From an uncultured virus (IMG/VR IMGVR_UViG_3300033121_001601) (Duplodnaviria; Heunggongvirae; Uroviricota; Caudoviricetes): a stretch of DNA of 58,849 bases. Shown piece by piece: positions 19,299 through 29,172 of the stretch. The stretch spans positions 62,001 to 120,849 of the IMG/VR virus record IMGVR_UViG_3300033121_001601; one strand, written 5' to 3'. Made by a program: the position numbers and the translations under genes. Below the pieces are notes generated by a model. That model worked only from the letters and a program-made list of their open reading frames with translations. It did not search any database and was not told the DNA's origin. Each line of letters begins with the position of its first letter. The stretch's first letter is position 1.

Positions 19299-19586
19299 GC
19301 TCATCACCAATACGGTTTCGCCCTTCGTGGTTTTCCCAACCCGGAGCCTAACATATGTGTATTTTGTGTCAATGGTCCAATGTTAGTATGCCAAAATCGC
19401 ACTTAACCTGTCGAACTTAGCTTATAAACTATGGACAAATCATGTTGTCGCTTATGAGCGACGGATGACTTCATGATCTAAAGATCATACGTTTTGCACA
19501 ATACAAATCGTTCGAAAGCTGTTGACAGCTCACGTGACATGATTTAATCACTAGTTCCATAAACAAATCCTGTTTGGGAGAATTTC

Positions 19587-20909
19587 ATGGAAACCAAGCT
19601 CGTTGGAAATAAGCCGTATCGTGAAGACACCAGCCTCTACGAGTTACAGCGAAAGTATACTCGTGGGAAAATCGAAGCACCGAAGTGGCAACGTGGGATT
19701 GACAAGTGGTCTCCTACGAAACGAGAACTTTACATCAAAAGCATTATCTTGAATGCTCAAAGCGATGATTTGACCGACCATTACATGCCCGGTCAGATTT
19801 TGCTTTACACCATGAAGGGCGTCAAGAACAGCAAGCTTTTTCTGAACGACGGTCTCCAAAGGATTTCGAATGCGGTTCGGGCTTATGAACGCCTGAGAAG
19901 CCAGTTTGGAGAAGACCTGGCTCAGGAGCTTCTGGAGAAAATCAAAGTGGTTACGACCACCTATGACTTGACGGACGATGAAGCCATCGACCAGTTCTGC
20001 AAAGTGAACCAAGGGACGCCTCTTACTGATGCTCAATTGAGCAATACCGTACTTGCCCAACACAACGAATACTTGGATTGGGTTCCTGCGATTGAGCAAA
20101 TGCAAGAGTTGATCCGCAACGTGTGTGAAGCATCACACTTGTGCAAGGTCAGGGAAAATGGCAAGCTTTTGAAAGCCTACAATGATGATGACTTCCGTCG
20201 AGAAGTCATGTGTATGGCGTATCGCTGGCTTTCTGGCACTACCGAACGGAATCCAATCCAATTCCATCCCACGCATCTCCGTGGAGACTCCAAGATGTCC
20301 AGAGGACATCTTGTAGAAGAAGTCATGAAAAGGGTCATGGATAGCATGACTCCCCAAGAAGCGACAACAAAAATGCGGGAACTTCAAAAGGTTCTGGAGA
20401 ACCGTATGCCAGTTTGGCGTAGTGAACTGACTAGGGTTACCGGTCCAACCCAAGGCCTTAATCCGGCAGTGAACAAGCTGCTGATCTTGAGCACTATTCA
20501 GTTCGAAAATGCAAAGGTGCCGGTTGGCATGCAAAATGAGTGGTGCAAGGCATTAATTCGCCATGTCAAACAGCACAGTGCCTTGCGGGTCAAAAATAAC
20601 AAAGGCGAGGAAAACAATACCAACATGCGTTCTCGGGATTTGGCTGACCTGCATCGAGCAGAGATTTCAGTCAAACAGTATGAGTTTCTCATGCCGTGTG
20701 ATCCCAACGCGCCCGCACCTGAGTTGAAGGGGCGCTTGAAGAAGAAGAGTACCTCGGTTAGAGGGTATGATTCCTCTCACAAAACCCCTATCAGCATGAG
20801 CAACCATGATGATGGAGATGTGTTCGCCGAACCTTCTTCTGAAAATCGAGTTCGAGGTAACAAGCCGGTCAAAAAAGAACGAAAACCCTCGGTCCCAAGA
20901 GTTTCTTGA
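19587..20909 (+). CDS. DUF262 (GmrS/ParB-like) domain protein with possible degenerate C-terminal HNH
   Basis: PKWQRG, LNDGLQRI, FCKVNQGTPLT match the DUF262 QR / DGQQR / FxxxNxGxxL motifs; C-terminal DSSHKTP...ENRVRGNK. Confidence 0.7.
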   Translation: METKLVGNKPYREDTSLYELQRKYTRGKIEAPKWQRGIDKWSPTKRELYIKSIILNAQSDDLTDHYMPGQILLYTMKGVKNSKLFLNDGLQRISNAVRAYERLRSQFGEDLAQELLEKIKVVTTTYDLTDDEAIDQFCKVNQGTPLTDAQLSNTVLAQHNEYLDWVPAIEQMQELIRNVCEASHLCKVRENGKLLKAYNDDDFRREVMCMAYRWLSGTTERNPIQFHPTHLRGDSKMSRGHLVEEVMKRVMDSMTPQEATTKMRELQKVLENRMPVWRSELTRVTGPTQGLNPAVNKLLILSTIQFENAKVPVGMQNEWCKALIRHVKQHSALRVKNNKGEENNTNMRSRDLADLHRAEISVKQYEFLMPCDPNAPAPELKGRLKKKSTSVRGYDSSHKTPISMSNHDDGDVFAEPSSENRVRGNKPVKKERKPSVPRVS

Positions 20910-20997
20910 CATCTCAGGTTTCCGGATTATCTTCCGGAACATAAGCACTCAAGAGCTATATTGCTCTGCTTTTGAACCGCAAGAAGTAAAGGGTCAA

Positions 20998-21264
20998 ATG
21001 GGAACCGTAGAGAAAACAGAAGACAAGTCTTTCGAACTTAACATCAAATACTGTCATCTTCCAGGATTCGTGGTCAACACCATGTGTCCGAAGTGCCAGA
21101 AACCCACACAAAGCGATTTGGGAGAGGATTTCCTTTCCTATCCAACGGTTGGAGAGCCTGCAACCGTGTACTTTGTCTGTGATGAGCCGTGCTTCATGGA
21201 GTGGCAAGAGCATGTCATCCTCCGGGTTTCTCTGGAGATGGCTCCAAATTCTTCTTCGAAGTAA
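20998..21264 (+). CDS. Small Zn-ribbon protein
   Basis: CPKC...CDEPC. Confidence 0.55.
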   Translation: MGTVEKTEDKSFELNIKYCHLPGFVVNTMCPKCQKPTQSDLGEDFLSYPTVGEPATVYFVCDEPCFMEWQEHVILRVSLEMAPNSSSK

Positions 21265-21292
21265 TTGACGGGTCTGTTTTCATGTTTATCCT
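21265..21292 (+). promoter_or_regulatory. Sigma70-like promoter, leaderless start at 21300
   Basis: TTGACG-16-TATCCT, with ATG 7 nt after the -10. Confidence 0.6.
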
Positions 21293-21299
21293 ATCAGGC

Positions 21300-21833
21300 A
21301 TGAAGACGCTCACCGAAACCGAACTCCAGGCTCTCCTGGCTGACTACAACGGCTTCGTCTCCATCACCACGGCAACCTCTGCCAAGCTCAACAAGAAGAA
21401 CCGTGAGACGAAGGCTCTCTGCCCCTTTGTCAACGTGGTTCATACGGCTATCCGTATGGGTCTCGTGGGGGCTTCGTACGAGAACGCCGTGAACAACCGG
21501 CGTGAGGCTGAGGACCACCCCCAGGCCGGTGAGTTCAAGGCTGAGAGCCTGTGGAACGGTGCTGGGGAGCATATCTCGAAGTCCTTGTGCCGCCACCGTG
21601 GGACCGGCAAGGTCTATATGGTATTCTACCCCCGGAAGGACTCTGTGATTTCGGATACCTGGACTGCGGATGGGCAGGAAGTTGACGTGGCTTCTCTGGC
21701 CCCTTACCTTCCTCCCGTCTCGGAGGGCAGCAAGCGTCAGGAGTGTGAGACTCCGGTTCCGTGGCGTACCATCGGCCTGGACAGCATCGTTTCCGTCACC
21801 CTCCGTGGTGAGACCTTCGTGGTGGCCCGGTAA
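21300..21833 (+). CDS. Hypothetical phage protein
   Basis: 177 aa; strong codon bias. Confidence 0.7.
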   Translation: MKTLTETELQALLADYNGFVSITTATSAKLNKKNRETKALCPFVNVVHTAIRMGLVGASYENAVNNRREAEDHPQAGEFKAESLWNGAGEHISKSLCRHRGTGKVYMVFYPRKDSVISDTWTADGQEVDVASLAPYLPPVSEGSKRQECETPVPWRTIGLDSIVSVTLRGETFVVAR

Positions 21834-22003
21834 GGGCCTCAGAAAGTAGGACTGAAGATGTGGACTCCCAAGGTTCGTCTGTTCATCCACAACGCCCGGA
21901 TGTGGTGGGGTGGTCTCAGTGAGGTGTGGGGACGTGGATATTCCTGGGAATACCGGGAATATCGGTTCCGAGAGGCTTTCGGAATCCTCCCTCCGGAAGA
22001 CCG

Positions 22004-22324
22004 ATGAGGGTCCTTCGTCTGGACATTGGTGAACTTCCCGAACCAGGGAAGTTTTACCTCTGCAAGAACCACGAACTCAAGGTCTATAAGGACTTGCATG
22101 TCCTGGAGGAAGAACACGGGGAGGAAGATGAGCCTCCGGTTTGTGGTGTCATTCCCAAGGGACAGCTCTTCCTGTATGCCAAGGTGGCTCGCGAACAGAG
22201 AATCCCAGGCCAAATCAAGAAGGTCTGGTTCTATGTGGCCTTCGGGGAAATGTCCGGAATCATCTACAACGGACAGATTCCTTTTCATCAGCTTCTGCTG
22301 AAAGTACAGGAAGATGAGGGATGA
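22004..22324 (+). CDS. SH3-like paralog
   Basis: PEPGKFYLC...YVAFGEMSGII. Confidence 0.6.
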   Translation: MRVLRLDIGELPEPGKFYLCKNHELKVYKDLHVLEEEHGEEDEPPVCGVIPKGQLFLYAKVAREQRIPGQIKKVWFYVAFGEMSGIIYNGQIPFHQLLLKVQEDEG

Positions 22325-22402
22325 GCAAAAACCACATAATCCGCAAGGGTCTTGACGGATAGTCTAATGGTGTCCATTCTCTTTCTCAGAACGGAGCTGC
22401 GC

Positions 22403-22624
22403 ATGAAGACCACGCTGGCCATTGCAAATGTCCCTGTTTGCCGCCACTATACCAACAAAACCGTCCTCATGACGGTTGTTCGTGCCACCAAGACCCTGCT
22501 CATCCTAGAGGATGAGACTGGGATGCAGATTCGTATTAGTCGTGATTACGGAGCAGACCATCCTGTCAAGTGCTGCTACTCGGTTACTCCCAAGGCTCTT
22601 CAGGCGATTCTCGCCCAAATTTGA
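22403..22624 (+). CDS. Hypothetical protein
   Basis: TTGACG promoter at 22352; GGAG SD. Confidence 0.55.
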   Translation: MKTTLAIANVPVCRHYTNKTVLMTVVRATKTLLILEDETGMQIRISRDYGADHPVKCCYSVTPKALQAILAQI

Positions 22625-22684
22625 AAAAAGTCTTGACGGACAAATGGCTCTGGTTTTCTTCAGAAATAGAAGGAGAGAAAAGTA

Positions 22685-23008
22685 ATGGAAATTATTATTC
22701 TGAATTCTGATGTCCTTGCCTTGCTCTGTAAGGCTAAGGGCAAGTGGGGCATGATGATTTCATTCGAAGAATATCCGATGGAGGAGCTTCTTCAGGCTGC
22801 TCCATACCTTGCTCGGGAGGAGTTCCGAGTAATGTCCGTGTGTGGGCGTGGGTTCATCTTCACGGACACCAGTGAAGAGTTGTACGCCCTCTACAACCAG
22901 ACTGTGGGGGATGATGGCCCCACGTTTGAGAACCCCTACAATGGCCCTGCCAGGGTCTACGCTATTACCTGCAACCCAGAAGGGGAGCTCCTGACAGAAA
23001 ACACGTGA
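22685..23008 (+). CDS. Hypothetical protein
   Basis: AAGGAG SD; TTGACG at 22633. Confidence 0.65.
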   Translation: MEIIILNSDVLALLCKAKGKWGMMISFEEYPMEELLQAAPYLAREEFRVMSVCGRGFIFTDTSEELYALYNQTVGDDGPTFENPYNGPARVYAITCNPEGELLTENT

Positions 23009-23011
23009 ACC

Positions 23012-23170
23012 ATGACCAAGGACCTAAAGGCAGGCCAACGAGTCAAGAAGTGGTTTAACTCCGACCACTTCCAAGAAGGTCTTTGCATGTCCGGCAACAA
23101 GTTCGCCAAAATCCTGTGGGATGACGGGGTTGTGGATGATGAACTTGCCCAGGACTTGGAGCCTATCTGA
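23012..23170 (+). CDS. Small hypothetical protein (52 aa)
   Basis: Hand translation MTKDLKAGQRVKKW...ILWDDG...LEPI; below the track cutoff. Confidence 0.5.
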   Translation: MTKDLKAGQRVKKWFNSDHFQEGLCMSGNKFAKILWDDGVVDDELAQDLEPI

Positions 23171-23239
23171 ACAAAATCTGAAAACCCCCCTTGATCCTGC
23201 CGGAGCTGACTTTATCTTGTTCTCTGCAAGGAGCAACGA

Positions 23240-23692
23240 ATGAAGTTTTTTACCGTTACTGCCATCAAGCGCTTCCCCTTGGCAGGCTGGACCACGGTCC
23301 AGGAAGGTCAGACGCTCAGCGTAGCCAAATGGAACGACCTGTTCGTTCTGGCCTCTTCCGAGAAGTCCTTTGCCATCCTCACTGCCGAGCAGTGCCAAGG
23401 TCTTGTGAAGACCGTCCGTGACTCTGCTGGCCGTCCGGTTCCTTGCCGGCGGGCTCTTGCCGTCACCGGCAAGGAAGTTCAGTTCACCTGGAGGGTGGAA
23501 GCCGGTCACACCTGCCCCGATGGTTGCTGTGGTGAAGACTCTCCAACCTTCTCAAAGGTGTGTGGTGGCAAGGATGAGGCCCTAGCCCTGGCCGACAAGC
23601 TGGAGAAGGGCGACTTCAAGGTCATCCGGGCCTTCGTCCGGGTGATGGGACCGGCCTTTTACCAGAAACACTGGAACCGTCCTGCAATGTGA
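23240..23692 (+). CDS. Hypothetical protein
   Basis: AAGGAG SD; promoter TTGATC...TATCTT at 23191. Confidence 0.65.
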   Translation: MKFFTVTAIKRFPLAGWTTVQEGQTLSVAKWNDLFVLASSEKSFAILTAEQCQGLVKTVRDSAGRPVPCRRALAVTGKEVQFTWRVEAGHTCPDGCCGEDSPTFSKVCGGKDEALALADKLEKGDFKVIRAFVRVMGPAFYQKHWNRPAM

Positions 23693-23713
23693 TAGTAGCA
23701 AGGGGCATAAGAG

Positions 23714-23745
23714 GGGCTCTAGGAGACAATCCTAGAGCCTCTTTT
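23714..23745 (+). terminator. Rho-independent terminator
   Basis: GGCTCTAGGA-gacaa-TCCTAGAGCC followed by TCTTTT. Confidence 0.8.
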
Positions 23746-23909
23746 ACATTGGGTGGCCCGAAGGCCATTCCAAGGGGTTTGGGGGCTCAGAAGGGCGTAC
23801 AGAGCGGTTATGGAGGTGTCTTGTGTATTTCCCCACAAGTTGTCGGTTTCTGAGAAATGGCTGTATGGTAGTGTGATGTACCAGCTTAAGGTTTTTCACC
23901 TTGGGCTAT

Positions 23910-23952
23910 TATCTCAAAAGCGTGGAGGATAACCAAGAAGGAGGGGGGGGGG
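23910..23952 (-). repeat. Dispersed intergenic repeat, copy 2 (inverted)
   Basis: Reverse complement reads C-tract + CTTGGTTATCCTCCACGCTTTTGAGATA. Confidence 0.85.
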
Positions 23953-24017
23953 AAAAGGAGAGAAGGTGGTCCAGAAGTTGGCAGAGATCTTTGAGTTAGT
24001 GAGGAAGTCTAGAACAC

Positions 24018-24239
24018 ATGAAAATTCAATTTGTCCAGGTTGGAAACGGTTGGGAAATCCGGGAGATGTATGGAAGGTTCACCTACCAGATTCAGGGACA
24101 GATTCGACTTGTGACAATGGATGGAAGTGTGTGGTGGAAGGTGGAGTTTTACACAGGAGAGAGTTGGTATGCGGATATCCAGGACATTCTGCTGTTGTTT
24201 GACCTTTCGGAGATGTACCTTTCAGCCCCATCTGGATGA
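24018..24239 (+). CDS. Hypothetical protein
   Basis: 73-aa ORF; GAGG upstream. Confidence 0.5.
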   Translation: MKIQFVQVGNGWEIREMYGRFTYQIQGQIRLVTMDGSVWWKVEFYTGESWYADIQDILLLFDLSEMYLSAPSG

Positions 24240-24322
24240 TAACGGTCCTGCGAATTCAAAGGGAAGTCTATTCTTTTGGCCTACCCATTGATTCTTTTCC
24301 TGGAGCTGTTACTATTGGCAAC

Positions 24323-24514
24323 ATGAACACCGAGACGAACAATATGGTTGCTGATCTCTCCATTTCTCTTGCCGGAGAACTTCTCGATCCGGAGGAAATG
24401 ATGAGGGATGATGAAGTCCTGGCTTCGGACTCCGAATTCGGCACTTGGCTGGACAGCCGCCAGGAGGAAGCCCTGGCCCACCAGATGGCAGCAGAGAATG
24501 ACCTCTGTTTTTAG
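24323..24514 (+). CDS. Small acidic protein (leaderless)
   Basis: TTGATT-16-TACTAT-7-ATG. Confidence 0.55.
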   Translation: MNTETNNMVADLSISLAGELLDPEEMMRDDEVLASDSEFGTWLDSRQEEALAHQMAAENDLCF

Positions 24515-24943
24515 TAACAGCCTAAAAGGCTTTCTGGTATGCATCCCAATTAAATCGAGGCATACTTAGAAACGGAACTCCCGGTTGTGCCACAACCAAA
24601 AGACAAATCCAAGGCTTTTGTCGCCTTGGCTACCGGGATAAGGTTCGTGAGTGACCGAGAGCAGGAATACTCACGTGAGGTACAGACGGACGCCAAGAGC
24701 AGAAAGTCCATGGCCGTGAGAGATGTTTGATGGTTTCTCATCTCTTTTCGGTTGGGGTTCCGGAACCCAAAGACCATCTCTCGCCCTGGGGGTAAAGGGT
24801 AGTCCAGACAAGTGAGCCCAAGCTTCCTGGAACTTGCAACTTGTGGTCTCGGTGTGGTTCAGAGGTTGCATGTGTGTTTCTTGATTGAAGGTTCTGGAAT
24901 ACCTCTTGAATCGCTTGGTTGGGATCCGTCAATTCCCAACACC

Positions 24944-25015
24944 CTCCCTGTAGTTGAACGGATACAACGCGGCTCTCCTAAAGCTGAGATTCGGGTTCGA
25001 TTCCCGACAGGGAGA
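24944..25015 (+). tRNA. tRNA-Arg(CCT)
   Basis: Acceptor CTCCCTG/CAGGGAG, anticodon loop CT-CCT-AA, T-loop TTCGATT. Confidence 0.9.
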
Positions 25016-25096
25016 CTACATTTCAGATGACTGAAAGACGAACTTTCTCCTAAGAAGTCAGTTTTTCTGCTATCCTAAGCCAAGGAAATAATTTCA

Positions 25097-25966
25097 ATGA
25101 CACACAGGATTGCTTGGTTAACCGACATTCACCTTGACTGGCTCACGGAGTTCGTCCATGAGCCTGGAGGCGGGATGACGAGCACAGGAAGAGTGCTATC
25201 TGAGTCACAGGTAGCAAGCTTCTGCCGCAAGGTAATGGCCCAGAAGCCTGATTCTGTCGTCATCACAGGGGACATCTCAACGGCTGAGGGACTCGAAGTC
25301 CACCTGATGTGGCTTGAAAAGTACCTTCCCGGCATCCCGGTCTATTTCGTCCTAGGGAATCATGATTACTACAACGGTTCTATCAATGTCGTTCGGGCCT
25401 CCATTGCAAAGTACGATGGCACAAAAACTAGGACTCAGTGGCTCAATGTTTCGGGGATTGTGAAGCTTACCGAGAAGACGGCTTTGGTTGGTCATGATGG
25501 CTGGTACGATGGCGGCTATTCTGATTGGTTCAAGAGTAAGCTCGTCATGACCGAGTACATTCTCACGTCTGATTTTCGGTTTCAACCACCGGCACTTCAA
25601 CATCGAAGGCTTGTTGAGCTGGCTACACAGTGTGGGCATCACATCGACCGGTATGTGCAAGAGGCAGCCTCCAACGGCTTTCAGCATGTTTTGTTCGCAA
25701 CCCACGTTCCACCTTTCCGAGAAAACTCCAGGGCTCCTGACCATAGCCTTAGCAACAAAGACTGGCTTCCAAACATGGCCTCCAAGATCGCAGGCGATGC
25801 CCTTCTGAAGGTTGCTGAGACTTATCCTGGAGTTAAGTTCACCTGTCTCTCAGGACATACCCACACCCGATGGGAACAGGACTATACACCCAACTTGACT
25901 TGTTTCACCGGCCATGCCAAGTACGGAGAACCCATCTCATCCCTTCGCATTATTGAAGTGAATTAG
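25097..25966 (+). CDS. Metallophosphoesterase (CpdA/Icc-like)
   Basis: TDIH, TGD, GNHD, THVPP and SGHTH motifs. Confidence 0.9.
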   Translation: MTHRIAWLTDIHLDWLTEFVHEPGGGMTSTGRVLSESQVASFCRKVMAQKPDSVVITGDISTAEGLEVHLMWLEKYLPGIPVYFVLGNHDYYNGSINVVRASIAKYDGTKTRTQWLNVSGIVKLTEKTALVGHDGWYDGGYSDWFKSKLVMTEYILTSDFRFQPPALQHRRLVELATQCGHHIDRYVQEAASNGFQHVLFATHVPPFRENSRAPDHSLSNKDWLPNMASKIAGDALLKVAETYPGVKFTCLSGHTHTRWEQDYTPNLTCFTGHAKYGEPISSLRIIEVN

Positions 25967-26135
25967 TCGCTGACCAGAATTCGGTAGAATCCTCTTTCAG
26001 GAGCTGTTATACTATTTCATAGCTAGCAAAGATAACTTCCTGTCTCCAAAGTGAAACGGTTTGGGTTCAATTCCTCGTAAAATTGGAATCTTTCTCACAG
26101 TTCAGTTTCAAACACAAACAAGAGCAAAACAAGCA

Positions 26136-26369
26136 ATGACCACTCTAAAAGAAGCAGTCGATTCATTTCAAGCCAAGTACAGCCAACATCCCATCTGGAA
26201 GAGCATCTGGTCGGTAGGAGCGGATGAGGCCTATGGGGTCATCCACGTTTACACAGCAAATGCCAAAATTTGGGTGGACTTGCCTAGCAAGCATGAGGGA
26301 TTTTCTGTTAAGATGAATGTGGTTCGTAAGCCACGACCAGCAGCATCGAAGTACCAAGCCGGAACCTAA
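26136..26369 (+). CDS. Hypothetical protein
   Basis: Start trimmed to MTTLKEA. Confidence 0.55.
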   Translation: MTTLKEAVDSFQAKYSQHPIWKSIWSVGADEAYGVIHVYTANAKIWVDLPSKHEGFSVKMNVVRKPRPAASKYQAGT

Positions 26370-26593
26370 TGTCCTGGAATTACCGCGTAATTCGCTTCTG
26401 TGATTTAACCACAGGAGATTGTACCTATGCTGTTCATGAGGTTTACTACGACAAATGTGGTAAGCCCACCTCTTGCTCTGAGTCTCCCAGTGCTCCATTG
26501 GGAGAGACTCCACAGGAGCTGAAGAGATGCCTTAAGCTTATGGCATTTGCCTTCAAGAAGCCCATCCTAGATTTCGAGGACTTCTCTCCATAA
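26369..26593 (+). CDS. Conserved-looking small phage protein
   Basis: MSWNYRVI...YAVHEVYYD...GET..EL..L..M..AF.KPIL. Confidence 0.65.
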   Translation: MSWNYRVIRFCDLTTGDCTYAVHEVYYDKCGKPTSCSESPSAPLGETPQELKRCLKLMAFAFKKPILDFEDFSP

Positions 26594-26747
26594 TTCCTTC
26601 AATTTCTACTCTTCATTGGGCTATCATTCACTGGCCGTTCGACAACGATGACAGTTCAAATGGGGAACCCAAGTCTTGGGTTGTTTGGCGGCTTGACTTC
26701 TTCAGGAGTCAAAGAAAGCTACCTGGAGCGGAACAAGGAACTTGCCG

Positions 26748-27086
26748 ATGCCCTTCTACAAAGTTATCCCGGATTCAGGTGCAACGGCCTTGAAGCCAAT
26801 CCTGGTTGACCGCAAAGAAACCACAGGAGGCAAGAAATATCACTCAAACTTCGAGCTGGAAGGGCAGAACAAAGCCAAGTTCCAAATTGCTCGCATTCAC
26901 AGCATTCCTCAAGGAACCATGGGTCTTTACCTGGGAACTGACTTCTCTTACAGGATTGGCCATCCGGAAGACAAAATCCCGATGATTGAATTGCTTGTTG
27001 GGGAAGAGCGGTTGTATTTCTATGCTGCCCATGTTAGGCTTGTCACACCCGAAGAAATTGAATCCTTGAAGGAAGAACCGAAATGA
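26748..27086 (+). CDS. Hypothetical protein
   Basis: AAGGA SD; coupled to the downstream gene. Confidence 0.55.
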   Translation: MPFYKVIPDSGATALKPILVDRKETTGGKKYHSNFELEGQNKAKFQIARIHSIPQGTMGLYLGTDFSYRIGHPEDKIPMIELLVGEERLYFYAAHVRLVTPEEIESLKEEPK

Positions 27087-27694
27087 ATTTGGATAAAGCT
27101 CTAGAGCAGATGGTCATTATTGACCTTGAAGCCACATGTGATAAGCCAATGCCGTTCTGGCAGAGCGAAATCATTCAGGTTGGAGTTTGCCTTTTGAATC
27201 TTCAATCACTGAAAATCACGAAGTCACGTCAAATTCTGGTGAAGCCAGAAAGAACTCCTATCACAGGTTTCTGCACTACCCTTACCGGTATCACTCCGGA
27301 ACTGGTGGCACGAGAAGGGATCACTCTGGCGGAAACCATGAGGATCTTAGAGAAAGAGTACAAGCTGAACGAGAGCACTTGGGCTACCTGGGGCGATTAT
27401 GAGCTGAAGATGTTGGAGACAGACTGCGAAGCAAAGAGAATTACCTCCCCAGGTCGCATCCAAAATCACATTAACCTGAAACGACTTCTAGCCGTGGAAC
27501 TCGGTCTTCTATGGGAGGATGATTTGGATGCTGCTCTAGCTCGATTCAGACTGAACTTTGAAGATCTTCACCCCCAAGAGATAGATGCTGTTGACATCGC
27601 CCAAATCTACCAGAAGCACCTGACAAAAGTCAGGGCTTGCGAACCATCCTGTGGAGAACCCGGTTTGTGGCCTCTCAAAGGTTGGGACCTGTGA
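27083..27694 (+). CDS. DEDD 3'-5' exonuclease (KapD/ERI-1-like)
   Basis: IIDLEATC, EIIQVG, FCTTLTGIT, TWGDYE; ExoIII motif atypical (LHPQEIDAVD). Confidence 0.85.
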   Translation: MNLDKALEQMVIIDLEATCDKPMPFWQSEIIQVGVCLLNLQSLKITKSRQILVKPERTPITGFCTTLTGITPELVAREGITLAETMRILEKEYKLNESTWATWGDYELKMLETDCEAKRITSPGRIQNHINLKRLLAVELGLLWEDDLDAALARFRLNFEDLHPQEIDAVDIAQIYQKHLTKVRACEPSCGEPGLWPLKGWDL

Positions 27695-27749
27695 TGGAAG
27701 ATGTCTTTGATTGGCCTTGGAGTCAATCAAGGCTGGTTATGCTCTTTCC

Positions 27750-28157
27750 ATGTCAACTGCCTCAATTAAGCATGAAAGCGGCAACACAATGAGCAACACC
27801 TTCGTTGAGTTGGCCTCGAAATACAAGAAGGACCTTCAATCCCGCCTGCGGGCACAAGTTGAGGAGTTCACCAAGGAAAATCCAAAGTATTGTGGGATTC
27901 AGTGGGATCAGTACACTCCGTCTTTCAACGACGGTGAACCCTGCTATGCCACCATGTCTGACCTTCGACTTCTTCTCGTTGACGAGGAAGAAGGAGATGG
28001 TTACATTGATGCCTACGAGTTCGATAGTTTCACTCCCGAAGGCCAAATCAACGAGTTAATTTCTGACAGCATTGGCCTGATGACTTGGCTGTTCGGGGAT
28101 GACAAGACCATCACAATCACAGCCTCCACTGTGACCACAGAGGATTACAGAGAATGA
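27750..28157 (+). CDS. WxQYTPxFxDG-family phage protein, paralog 1
   Basis: IQWDQYTPSFNDGEPC. Confidence 0.65.
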   Translation: MSTASIKHESGNTMSNTFVELASKYKKDLQSRLRAQVEEFTKENPKYCGIQWDQYTPSFNDGEPCYATMSDLRLLLVDEEEGDGYIDAYEFDSFTPEGQINELISDSIGLMTWLFGDDKTITITASTVTTEDYRE

Positions 28158-28642
28158 AGCGGAACGTTAAAACCAAGCTCAATAAAATCAATAGAGCACG
28201 GCAAAATTACCAAGCTCTCATGCAACAACATGGAGCAGCTCTGGTTGAAGAGATGGCCAAGGATATTTTTGATACTTTTCCATGTGTCCGAGCCATTCGG
28301 TGGGCACAATATACCCCTTACTTCAGTGATGGCGATCCTTGTTATTTCAAAGTCCATGAAGCCCGAATTGCTCTAAACGAAGACTTCATGGAAAATCTGC
28401 AAGCCTCAGAAAGGCAGTGCCTCTATGAGCACCATGATGACTTCCTGGAGTTTTCCTATCGTCTTACCGACCACCCTAATACTTCTGGTGCTCAGAAGTT
28501 GAAGAAAATCGAAAAAGCACTGGAGGAATTCCAAGGTGTTCTAAATAACCTTTCGGAAGCTATGGAAGAAGCCTTCGGGGATCACCAGCAAATTACCATT
28601 ACTCGAAATGGGGTTAAGCCTGAAGAATACAACCACAACTAA
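28154..28642 (+). CDS. WxQYTPxFxDG-family phage protein, paralog 2
   Basis: IRWAQYTPYFSDGDPCYFKV. Confidence 0.7.
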   Translation: MKRNVKTKLNKINRARQNYQALMQQHGAALVEEMAKDIFDTFPCVRAIRWAQYTPYFSDGDPCYFKVHEARIALNEDFMENLQASERQCLYEHHDDFLEFSYRLTDHPNTSGAQKLKKIEKALEEFQGVLNNLSEAMEEAFGDHQQITITRNGVKPEEYNHN

Positions 28643-28665
28643 AGTTAACCATGGCATAGACAACT

Positions 28666-29148
28666 ATGATTGTAATGAAACAGCGTACCCGGAATAAGAT
28701 TGCTGAAATCGCAAAAGTTTGTGAGGAATACAACGAAATTATACAAATGCACGGACGCATCTTGCTTATGGATGTAGGCAAAGATATTTTAGATCAATTC
28801 TCATTCGTTCGGAACATTCGGTGTACTGTGTATGTCCCGGAATTTCATCTAACTAAAGTTCAGTTTTCCCTAACAGAAGAATTTGTGCAAAGTCTTTCCG
28901 AAACGGAACAAAAGTGCTTGCTTAAACGCGATGAAGGGTTTATAGAACTTGATTATTTTCACGTTGCTAAACTCTCTGACACTCCTCATACCAAGGAATT
29001 AAAAGCTTTTTGCGAAGCCGTGCAAAATTTCAAATCGATCATGCTTGAACTTGATCGTGCAGTAGATGATGCCTTGATGTCAAACTTTTGTGAAAATTTT
29101 CGCGAATTGACGATCACTCAAAGCGGCATTAAAGTTGAAAATTACTAG
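28666..29148 (+). CDS. Diverged paralog 3 (motif partly deleted)
   Basis: Aligns by eye with 28154-28642 (KDILDQFSFVRNIRC, SETEQKCL, ITQSGIKVENY). Confidence 0.65.
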   Translation: MIVMKQRTRNKIAEIAKVCEEYNEIIQMHGRILLMDVGKDILDQFSFVRNIRCTVYVPEFHLTKVQFSLTEEFVQSLSETEQKCLLKRDEGFIELDYFHVAKLSDTPHTKELKAFCEAVQNFKSIMLELDRAVDDALMSNFCENFRELTITQSGIKVENY

Positions 29149-29172
29149 TACGCCAAAAAGGAATTCGTATAA

